A stretch of 64,000 nucleotides of DNA from the NCBI GenBank assembly GCA_002104945.1, contig MCFH01000029.1:603899-667898 (forward strand). Reading direction: 5' to 3'. A program made the translations under genes and the position numbers. This DNA comes from Piromyces finnis finn (lineage: Eukaryota; Fungi; Neocallimastigomycota). Below, piece after piece: positions 53,861 through 62,891 of the stretch (position 1 is its first letter; every line of letters starts with the position of its first letter). The notes beneath the pieces were generated by a model, which was given only the letters and a program-made list of their open reading frames with translations, had not been told where the DNA came from and did no database searches.

Positions 53861-55917
53861 GATAATTTTACTTTAGACATATTAAAATCACCAACAAGAA
53901 TCGATGGATGGGATGAATGAGTTTGTAACCACAAGCGAACTTCTAACTTTGCATGATCAACATAGATGTTGTGATGACTATGAGGCACATAAACATTTCC
54001 AATCGAGCATTTGAATCTATTCCAGAGACTAAAAGTATAAATAGAAATAATATACTTTCCAGAGAAGTTTTCAAGTGAGGCTTGACACGAATTGTGAAAA
54101 CCTAAATATAAACCTCTCATTCCTGGAACTGATTCGTCAGCTTTCTTGAAAAAGTGTCTATAGTTTCGCAAAGTAACACGACAAGGATAATCTGTATTCG
54201 ATCCAGAACCATTACCAGTTTCTTGGAAACATAAGAATAATGGTTTGAAAATAGCTGTGAAATAGCTAATACTATCTCTCTTTTCGTGATTCCACCCATT
54301 GGTGTTCCAACTAAGACAAAAAGAAAAGTTATCAGGCTTGTTGGATGAGGAAGAATCGTTGCTATTATTATTATTATTAAAGTCATCGTTATTAATGGAT
54401 GATGCATCAGAGGAATAAGTAGAACTATTATTAGATGGCTGTGAAACTGAAGAACTATCAACTATTGAACTGTTATCAGAGTTGATAGAACTATTAGAAT
54501 TAATTGTTGAATGTTGAGATTGAAATTGTATTTGCTGTAGATCTGGAATATTTTCATGATGGGAAACTTGTTGAAGATCTTGTTGAAGATCGGATTGTTG
54601 ATGAGATTGTTGAACTGATTGTTGAAATGATTGTTGAATAGAATGTTGATGTTTATTAGAAACTAAAATTTTACGTTTGAGAGTGGAAAAAGTGTATTTG
54701 TGATTCCTTCTACTACGAGCTGAAAAGGAAATTGAGGTAACTGAAAGTTTCTTCTTTAACATGTGTAAGATTTTAATACAATCTTTTGATGAACCATGAA
54801 CCTTGACTAAGAAAAAGTGATCATTGAAAGTCTGAAAATATTTAACACTAATAACTGAATTAAATTTATCTTCTAGAATAACCTCGAGTTTTTCCCATAG
54901 CATATTTACTGACCATGATCGAATACCACGGATAAAGAAGGAGCGAATATCATCTAAGGGGATACCATAAGACCGGGTACCACGTCTGATATAATTCTTG
55001 TCTTTAATATAAAGGACTGACATGATAATAAATTCTAATTAAAAATATTGAATATAAAATAAATACTAATAAAAATTATAAATATAACGTATATGGAAAA
55101 AAAATCTGTCTCTCTCTCTCTTCTTAAAAGTACTGGATAGTACAAAAATTGTTACGATGCTTTGTTTAAAGTTTCTTTTTTTTTTGAATTCTAGTTGTAA
55201 ATTTTCTTTAAAAATTCTAGTTTTGGTTTGTTGTTAGTAAATTCGAATCGCTTTTTGACACTAAACTTGTTTGACTTTACTTTTCATTAAATATTTAAAT
55301 TGGTAAAAAATTTGAATCAAGAATGTCGACACCAGAAAGCTTGTGAATAGTATTTTTACATGATGTAGAGTGAATCAGTCTCTTACAAGAAACAATACAA
55401 CAATAGCTACATGAATATAAAAGTACAATGCAAATGCTAAAGTTGACTACATTGGATTCTTACAAGAGAAGAGTAGTACTACATGAATACATGAATAAAA
55501 GAAAAAAATACAGCAACAAAATGTATTACTCTTCTAATTAAATACTATACAAACTTACCTGAATATCAAACATTCAACTTATTCATCAAATACTTAATTC
55601 GATGAATAAAATGTTTTTTAATCGCTCAGTACAATGAGCTTAGTCCTAATAATTTTCCCTTAAAGACTAACCAAGCATCCATTGCGCAATGCTTGGATTT
55701 AATTCTTTCTACTCTCTCAGTACCATGAGCATGAGTAGACCCCCTTGATAAACTCCATTATTAAATAAATGAAGGCACGTTCCTAAGAGGGCACCAAGCA
55801 TCCATTGCGCAATACTTGGATTTAATTCTTTCTACTCTCTCAGTACCATGAGCATGAGTAGACCCCCTTGAGAAACTACATTTATTAAATAAATGAAGGC
55901 ACGTTCCCAAGAGGGTA
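53861..55917 (-). mobile_element. LINE copy A, 5' portion: putative ~0.9-kb 5' UTR, ATG at 55023, N-terminal extension, and APE endonuclease up to the copia insertion
   Basis: ORF 53833..55023 carries APE motifs SWNTNG, CFQETG, IGNVY and GDFN. Removing the copia and one TSD joins 55023-53861 to 47860-44722 in frame (4302 nt). Assigning 55024-55917 to the element is an inference. Confidence 0.85.
55671..55917 (-). repeat. Two tandem 123/124-bp GC-rich, hairpin-forming units at the apparent 5' end of LINE A, plus a partial third motif near 55624-55647
   Basis: 55671-55793 and 55794-55917 are near-identical. Minus-strand stems: CCAAGCAT/ATGCTTGG, CTACTC/GAGTAG and CTCA-tggtac-TGAG. Confidence 0.9.
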
Positions 55918-56135
55918 TTAACTCTTCTTAGCATCTTTTTTAAGCATCCTCTTGTTGGAGCACAAATAACTATATCATCTGCAAAAAGTCCACCACAGCA
56001 TCGAGTGTCACCTAAACTGACTCCTAGATCTTCGCACTCTTTAAATATATCATTAATAAAGAGATCAAAGAGAATAGGAGAAAGTGGGCAACCCTGACGG
56101 ACTCCTTTCTTCACATCAAAAGATTTCGAGAATTG
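55918..56135 (-). mobile_element. 218-bp internal LINE RT fragment (QFSKSFDVKKGVRQGCPLSP...FADD...KMLRRV), lacking both element ends
   Basis: Matches copy B (about 58019-58236) with a few private substitutions; no poly(A) or TSD of its own. Confidence 0.92.
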
Positions 56136-56146
56136 CTAAATGTTGA

Positions 56147-56149
<3 letters not shown>

Positions 56150-56224
<75 letters not shown>

Positions 56225-59200
56225 GGCATCAAATATTTTAAACTTTATTATTAATTTAATTAAAATTATAATACATGTAATATAAAAATTAAAATAAAAT
56301 AAAAATAAAAAAAATATGTTTAAATAAACACAAATGAATAAAAATTGGGTATAATGTATTCTAGTAATTTTAATTAAAGTAAGAAAGCCACTATCATACT
56401 AAAGTATAATAATTGTATTTGACTTCCAATGGGACACCGAGCCAAAGATCAAAAATTTTGTCATGGAACAAAATTATGATCTCCATTGGTTGCGCTGGCC
56501 CTCCTGGCCTGTCTTACTGTTTCTTCAGCATTGACGCTCTTGGATGTTGCTTCAAACCTTTTGAACATTGACCATTGCTGGCCAATAGCAAAAGGCATGA
56601 TTTTGGTTAGAAGTTCCGCGGTTACCGTCAAGAATGGTGTTCCTTCGTTAGTATCAGATTGAATCTGACGCTTACAAAGTTCTTTCCATTCCCTTGAATT
56701 GTAATTAATATTGTTAAAACTTCTTCCCCCAAGAAGGAATTTAAATATTTTACTGCACACACTAGAATAATCATACACATTAATATTCACCGGATTATTA
56801 GAACTATTACTATCATTAACTAAATTACTATCTAAATTAGAATTATTATCTTCACTATTGCTATCATTACTAATATTATTATTTCTATTATTGTTATTAT
56901 TACTATTGTTACTATTACTATTGTTACTATTACTATTGTTATTACTACTATTGTTACTATTACTATTAATGTTATTACTATCTCTACTGATATTATCAAT
57001 TTCATTATTATTGATAGGACTATTGGAATTACGTTGACTGAAAAAATTTAATAGCTGGACTATGGAATCATAATGTTTAATACGGATATCTCTAAATGTT
57101 GGACAATCTAATAACCAATGTTTAATACTTTGATCTCCACACTTGCAACATGGACAGTAGTTAGGACAAACTGGATCAACAAATTTGGCAGCTTTGGCAA
57201 CTCTAGCATCCAACTTGTATCCGCTTCTTGCTTTCAATAGCCAGTAGAAGCCATAGGCAAACTCTGGGTACTCATAACATAATTTAATAAAATCTATAGT
57301 TTCAATAAATTTATTATCATCATAATATTGCGCTTTGATTGAATTCCCTTTGAGATCTTTCCAATAAAAGTTTTTAACTGCTTTAACATCTCCATGTTTC
57401 TTTAATTTTTTATCAAGTGTCCTACTTGATTTGCACCACGTGTATTTTCTAAATTTAGGAATGTAATTGACAAGGTGTGAGATAATACAATTTGAGTTTT
57501 TCCATTTGTTAAAACATCTAACCTGAGCTAACGCACATTTGGCTGACAGTGGAGGAATATTCAAATCTTTTGAAATAGAGTATAAAGATATAAACGATAC
57601 AGCTTTATGAACTCCGGCAACCCATCGTATTCCTTTGTTAACATGCTTCTGAGCAATTCTAGACCTAGCTTTGTTGGATCCAAGTAATGGTGCAAAGTAT
57701 GAAACTCTGCTAATCACTTGTGAGTTAAGTACTAGTTTTTTGAAAGGAATAGGAATATTAGGATTTCTTAAGAATTTACTGACTGAGAAAAGCCCTTTCA
57801 AAACCTTGTTATTAAGAGCTTTAATTACTGGTTTAAGGGACAGATTCTTATCAAATGGAACACCAAGATAAGTATAGCAATCAGTAGTTGGAATGGGTTG
57901 TCCTGCTAAGTAAAATGTTGGATCTCTCTTGTTCTGATTTTCTATTGATTCAGGACGAATCACCATCGTTGAACATTTCTGGATACCAAATTCCATTTCA
58001 TTATACAAGGCCCATTCATTAACTCTTCTAAGCATCTTTTTTAAGCATCCTCTTGTTGGAGCACAAATAACTATATCATCTGCAAAAAGTCCACCACAGC
58101 ATCGAGTGTCACCTAAACTGACTCCTAGATCTTCGCACTCTCTAAATATATCATTAATAAAGAGATTAAAGAGAATAGGAGAAAGAGGGCAACCTTGACG
58201 GACTCCTTTCTTCACATCAAAAGATTTCGAGAATTGTCCATCTAATTTGACATTAGCCTTAGATGTTAAATATAAATTTTTGATAAATTGTAGACTCTTA
58301 CCTCGGATTCCTAAACAATCTAATTTATGGAGAATATTACCGATTGGGACTGAATCGTATGCTTTCCTGAGATCTAAAAAGGCCAAATATGTCTCTTTAT
58401 TATCTAATTGACGTCTACGGCATATTTCTTGGATTGAAATGAAAAGACTAATACTTTCTTCCTTTTTTCGAAAACCAAATTGTTCAGGTCTAATGAAATT
58501 ATTCTTTAAACCATATTCTGAGATTCTAGTGGTGACAATTTTGGAGATCAACTTAATACCATTATTGATAAGTGATATACCTCGATAGTTATCACAATCT
58601 GTCAAATCTCCCTTCTTAGGAATAGAAACAATACTGGATTCATTCCATGAGTTGGGGAAATCTCCATCCCAAATACGGTTGAATAATTTAAGAATAAAAT
58701 TTAAACCATGAGCATCATTATCTGAAGTAGCATTACCAGAAGAATTATTATCTGTAGCATTATTAGAATCATTACTTGATGGAACTAATGCTTTGTAAAA
58801 TTCAATTGGAATACCATCCGGACCTGATGCTTTATAATTTGGAGTAGTGAGGATAGCTGACTTGACTTCATCAATACTAATATCTTGGTTGATATCCCAC
58901 TCATCAAGCATAGGAAGTGAAAAACGTTTATTCGTTGGTTCTTCATACCAATGCTCCAAATCAAGACTTACACCACTTGGGTCTGATGCAAGATTTTCGA
59001 AATGATCATGCCACACATCTAGTTGTTCTTCTGTAGCAACAACTAATTCTCCATTTTTATTTTTAATTGGTTGAGCAATAAAGAAAGAATCTTTTCCAAT
59101 TTTTGCAGTTTTCTTGATCCATTTCCAGGCCTTCTTAGGATTATGACTCTTCATATACTCACATCCTGTTTTAATCCAATGAAGATATTCTTGCTTCCTA

Positions 59201-60453
59201 AATTCATTACATCTTTTGTGGATGTAATCAATGAGTTTACGGTAGATTTTAATTCTTTTAATAAATTCATCTATATCATAAATTCTTTCTTTTTTAAATC
59301 TCTTATACAACTTCATTTTGATTTTTTGAAGATTAAAAATTTGTTGTGAAATATGAAATGAAGACTTTATAACATTATTTGCTGAAGTAATACTGAGCTC
59401 GTCTGCAATTGAAAAAGCAGTTGAAGTAAACTCTTTGGAAAGTTCATCTGTAGAAACATTAGGATCGTTGAATTTTGCTGAAAGTATTTGGAATTTATTA
59501 TGACTGAGAATAGATTCCTTTTCCTCAATACATTTTAATCTATTCCATTTCAGAATTTTCTTAGGAACATTAAAGTCATTAGAAAAATCTTCCATAGGAA
59601 TAATTTTACCATTAATAAGAAGTGGCTTATGGTCTGACACAGGATAAAAATTATTTATAAATGATCCTGAGTGAATAAGATCTTTCATCTTCGAATTGAT
59701 AAGAGCATGGTCAATGTCGGAAGATTGATCACCTCGAGTCCAAGAGATAGTAGACCCTCTAAGCGGAAGAATTTCCCAATCTCCTAATCCATTAGTTGAT
59801 AACCAGTTGGATAATTTTACTTTAGACATATTAAAATCACCAACAAGAATCGATGGATGGGATGAATGAGTTTGTAACCACAAGCGAACTTCTAACTTTG
59901 CATGATCAACATAGATGTTGTGATGACTATGAGGCATATAAACATTTCCAATCGAGCATTTGAATCTATTCCAGAGACTAAAAGTATAAATAGAAATAAT
60001 ATACTTTCCAGAGAAGTTTTCAAGTGAGGCTTGACACGAATTGTGAAAACCTAAATATAAACCTCTCATTCCTGGAACTGATTCGTCAGCTTTCTTGAAA
60101 AAGTGTCTATAGTTTCGCAAAGTAACACGACAAGGATAATCTGTATTCGATCCAGAACCATTACCAGTTTCTTGGAAACATAAAAATAATGGTTTGAAAA
60201 TAGCTGTGAAATAGCTAATACTATCTCTCTTTTCGTGATTCCACCCATTGGTGTTCCAACTAAGACAAAAAGAAAAGTTATCAGGCTTGTTGGATGAGGA
60301 AGAATCGTTGCTATTATTATTATTATTAAAGTCATCGTTATTAATGGATGATGCATCAGAGGAATAAGTAGAACTATTACTAGATGGCTGTGAAACTGAA
60401 GAACTATCAACTATTGAACTGTTATCAGAGTTGATAGAGCTATTAGAATTAAT
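56150..60453 (-). mobile_element. LINE copy B: 5'-truncated, 72-nt poly(A), perfect 13-bp TSD
   Basis: T-run 56150-56221. TSD TAAATGTTGAATA at 56137-56149 and 60454-60466. Homology to copy A stops at about 60453, inside the Ser/Asn-rich linker before APE. Confidence 0.96.
56461..60453 (-). CDS. LINE B open frame: APE endonuclease, reverse transcriptase and C-terminal Cys/His knuckle; lacks its native start
   Basis: ORF track 56461..60120 (1219 aa, from an internal TTG). The frame appears to stay open to the truncation point. SWNTNG, QETG, GDFN, DH, SDH and RT motifs are intact. Confidence 0.9.
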   Translation of the reverse strand: MNSNSSINSDNSSIVDSSSVSQPSSNSSTYSSDASSINNDDFNNNNNSNDSSSSNKPDNFSFCLSWNTNGWNHEKRDSISYFTAIFKPLFLCFQETGNGSGSNTDYPCRVTLRNYRHFFKKADESVPGMRGLYLGFHNSCQASLENFSGKYIISIYTFSLWNRFKCSIGNVYMPHSHHNIYVDHAKLEVRLWLQTHSSHPSILVGDFNMSKVKLSNWLSTNGLGDWEILPLRGSTISWTRGDQSSDIDHALINSKMKDLIHSGSFINNFYPVSDHKPLLINGKIIPMEDFSNDFNVPKKILKWNRLKCIEEKESILSHNKFQILSAKFNDPNVSTDELSKEFTSTAFSIADELSITSANNVIKSSFHISQQIFNLQKIKMKLYKRFKKERIYDIDEFIKRIKIYRKLIDYIHKRCNEFRKQEYLHWIKTGCEYMKSHNPKKAWKWIKKTAKIGKDSFFIAQPIKNKNGELVVATEEQLDVWHDHFENLASDPSGVSLDLEHWYEEPTNKRFSLPMLDEWDINQDISIDEVKSAILTTPNYKASGPDGIPIEFYKALVPSSNDSNNATDNNSSGNATSDNDAHGLNFILKLFNRIWDGDFPNSWNESSIVSIPKKGDLTDCDNYRGISLINNGIKLISKIVTTRISEYGLKNNFIRPEQFGFRKKEESISLFISIQEICRRRQLDNKETYLAFLDLRKAYDSVPIGNILHKLDCLGIRGKSLQFIKNLYLTSKANVKLDGQFSKSFDVKKGVRQGCPLSPILFNLFINDIFRECEDLGVSLGDTRCCGGLFADDIVICAPTRGCLKKMLRRVNEWALYNEMEFGIQKCSTMVIRPESIENQNKRDPTFYLAGQPIPTTDCYTYLGVPFDKNLSLKPVIKALNNKVLKGLFSVSKFLRNPNIPIPFKKLVLNSQVISRVSYFAPLLGSNKARSRIAQKHVNKGIRWVAGVHKAVSFISLYSISKDLNIPPLSAKCALAQVRCFNKWKNSNCIISHLVNYIPKFRKYTWCKSSRTLDKKLKKHGDVKAVKNFYWKDLKGNSIKAQYYDDNKFIETIDFIKLCYEYPEFAYGFYWLLKARSGYKLDARVAKAAKFVDPVCPNYCPCCKCGDQSIKHWLLDCPTFRDIRIKHYDSIVQLLNFFSQRNSNSPINNNEIDNISRDSNNINSNSNNSSNNNSNSNNSNSNNSNNNNNRNNNISNDSNSEDNNSNLDSNLVNDSNSSNNPVNINVYDYSSVCSKIFKFLLGGRSFNNINYNSREWKELCKRQIQSDTNEGTPFLTVTAELLTKIMPFAIGQQWSMFKRFEATSKSVNAEETVRQARRASATNGDHNFVP

Positions 60454-61037
60454 TAAATGTTGAATAATCTAATAACCAATGTTTAATTAAAATTTTAATA
60501 CATATATAACTTTGTATTTAAAAAAAAAAAAATAAATAAATAAAATTTTAAAAAAAAAATTATAGAATCTATTAAGATACTAAAACACTTAATGTTAAAA
60601 TTGTACTATTTCTTCTTAATATCCAATAACCCTACATCATCTTTTAAAATAACCCTTCCCATTTATTTTTCTTTATATTCCATTGTTGATTTTACCATTT
60701 ACACATAAATAAAAACAATATTTTTAAATCTAAAAACACTAAAAAAAACTGAATTTTCATTTTCTTTTATTTATTTATATTTATATATATATATATTTAT
60801 TTATAATGTGAATATATATGCTTTTTTACACATTATTTCACAACGTTAATTGATTTTTATATTAATTTATATGTGTTTGTGTTTTTTTACATTATTTTAA
60901 TCATTTTTTAATTATTTATTATCTATTTCTATTTATAACCGAACGACTATACATCTCATTTTTTTATGAAATTTGTATAAGACATTCTTATTTTCTTGAT
61001 CTTTCAATAAACTAGTTGTTTATCTCAACTAATTCAT

Positions 61038-62891
61038 TTAAAGACATTGAGAGTACCATTCATTAAGACGTTGGCAGGAACCTTCAGAACAGCAAGTTGG
61101 ACCGGAGAAACCGTTACCACCACATTGAGCCCACTTTGGAGCACAGTTTCCATTGTTGTTGTTGTTCCAGTTGTTGTTATTAGTTGGTTGAGAGTTAACA
61201 GTAACAGTAACAGTTTGAACAACAGTAACAGTAACTGGCTTACAGGTGCTAGAGTTACCAGAAGATGGAATAGTCTTGGAAGTGACTGGAAGAGTCTTGC
61301 TAGAAACTGGAAGAGTCTTGCTAGAAACTGGGAGGGTCTTGCTGGAAACTGGGAGGGTCTTGCTGGAAACTGGGAGGGTCTTGCTGGAAACTGGGAGGGT
61401 CTTGCTGGAAACTGGGAGGGTCTTGCTGGAAACTGGGAGGGTCTTGCTGGAAACTGGGAGAGTCTTGCTGGAAACTGGGAGAGTCTTGCTTGAAACTGGG
61501 AGAGTCTTGCTAGAAACTGGGAGGGTCTTGCTGGAAACTGGGAGGGTCTTGCTGGAAACTGGGAGGGTCTTGCTGGAAACTGGGAGGGTCTTGCTGGAAA
61601 CTGGGAGAGTCTTGCTAGAAACTGGGAGAGTCTTGCTGGAAACTGGGAGAGTCTTGCTGGAAACTGGGAGAGTCTTGCTAGAAACTGGGAGAGTCTTGCT
61701 GGAAACTGGGAGAGTCTTGCTGGAAACTGGGAGAGTCTTGCTGGAAACTGGGAGAGTCTTGCTGGAAACTGGGAGAGTCTTGCTAGAAACTGGGAGAGTC
61801 TTGCTAGAAACTGGGAGAGTCTTGCTAGAAACTGGGAGAGTCTTGCTAGAAACTGGGAGAGTCTTGCTAGAAACTGGGAGAGTCTTGCTAGAAACTGGGA
61901 GAGTCTTGCTAGAAACTGGGAGAGTCTTGCTAGAAACTGGGAGAGTCTTGCTAGAAACTGGGAGAGTCTTGCTAGAAACTGGGAGAGTCTTGCTGGAAAC
62001 TGGGAGAGTCTTGCTGGAAACTGGGAGAGTCTTGCTGGAAACTGGGAGAGTCTTGCTGGAAACTGGGAGAGTCTTACCAGAGGAAGTCTTTGGAATAGTC
62101 TTAGAAGAGGAAGAGGCTGGAAGAGTCTTAGAAGAGGAAGCATTAGATTGGTTACCACTGCTACCAATGTAAACCTTAGCGTATGGGAAATCAGCAGTAC
62201 CACTAGTACCAGAACCAGTACTACCAGCTTCACCTAAAACCTTAGCTTCGTGCATCTTACCAAGCTTCATACCAAGCTTTTCCCATTGTTGGAAGTGAGC
62301 AGTAATATCAATAGTACCACAGTCACGAGCTTGTTGACGAATACTGAAGAATTGCTTGAATTGAGTATCACCATCAATAGATGGACCGTAACGAGTGTTT
62401 TCGTAAACAGTGTAAGTAGCACCATCAATAACGAAATCACCATGCTTCTTGTTACCAACCCAATCTCCTGGACGCCATTGACTGAGCCAGTTATCAACAA
62501 TGTAATATTCTACAAGTGGGTTTCTACTCCAACCGTAAATACCAACATAGGAGTAATCAACGTTTTGAATGTTTTGCTTAACAAGCTTGAAATCAGCGTA
62601 CATGTGACCAAGTTGATCGTGGGTCTTAGTACTATCGAATGAAAGACCAGTACGACATAAATAATCCTTAGCATTTTGGAAAGTACAAGAGAATGAACCA
62701 TCAGAATAGAAAGTAGCACTGTTGTTACCACTGTCAGCCCATAATTCATAACCAACACTTCCAATAGAACCAACCTTGTTGGAGGTAACCTTAACACTTT
62801 GTCCAGAGTGGCTAGAACCTGAACAGAAGCTTTGTCCAGCAACTAAAGAAGTAGCTAAAGATAAAATTGAAGAAATAGTAATAAATTTCAT
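61038..62891 (-). CDS. xyn11: Secreted GH11 endo-1,4-beta-xylanase with a very long repetitive linker and C-terminal CBM1; intronless, 617 aa
   Basis: Signal peptide [21 protein letters not shown]11 motifs [18 protein letters not shown] (nucleophile Glu), RYGPSIDG and AKVLGEAG (acid/base Glu). CBM1: [35 protein letters not shown]. Confidence 0.97.
   Translation of the reverse strand: MKFITISSILSLATSLVAGQSFCSGSSHSGQSVKVTSNKVGSIGSVGYELWADSGNNSATFYSDGSFSCTFQNAKDYLCRTGLSFDSTKTHDQLGHMYADFKLVKQNIQNVDYSYVGIYGWSRNPLVEYYIVDNWLSQWRPGDWVGNKKHGDFVIDGATYTVYENTRYGPSIDGDTQFKQFFSIRQQARDCGTIDITAHFQQWEKLGMKLGKMHEAKVLGEAGSTGSGTSGTADFPYAKVYIGSSGNQSNASSSKTLPASSSSKTIPKTSSGKTLPVSSKTLPVSSKTLPVSSKTLPVSSKTLPVSSKTLPVSSKTLPVSSKTLPVSSKTLPVSSKTLPVSSKTLPVSSKTLPVSSKTLPVSSKTLPVSSKTLPVSSKTLPVSSKTLPVSSKTLPVSSKTLPVSSKTLPVSSKTLPVSSKTLPVSSKTLPVSSKTLPVSSKTLPVSSKTLPVSSKTLPVSSKTLPVSSKTLPVSSKTLPVSSKTLPVSSKTLPVSSKTLPVSSKTLPVSSKTLPVSSKTLPVSSKTLPVSSKTLPVTSKTIPSSGNSSTCKPVTVTVVQTVTVTVNSQPTNNNNWNNNNNGNCAPKWAQCGGNGFSGPTCCSEGSCQRLNEWYSQCL
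61278..62075 (-). repeat. Coding minisatellite: 38 x 21 bp encoding KTLPVSS (last unit KTLPVTS)
   Basis: First Lys codon at 62075 and last at 61298, a distance of 37 x 21 bp. Confidence 0.97.

Noticed and set aside
55761-56114. 117-aa RT-like ORF as a gene
   Set aside because: Chimeric read-through from the RT fragment into the tandem repeats.
44450-59349. Antisense or alternative-frame ORFs inside LINE and copia (e.g. 44450..44698, 47122..47400, 50446..50721, 52644..52994, 59071..59349)
   Set aside because: Shadow frames of AT-biased coding sequence; they recur only because the elements are duplicated.
61047-62233. Long overlapping ORFs 61034..62233, 61047..61493 and 61246..62172; possible CRISPR-like array
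   Set aside because: The stop-free 21-bp unit opens alternative frames. Units are contiguous with no spacers, and only the xylanase frame has domains.
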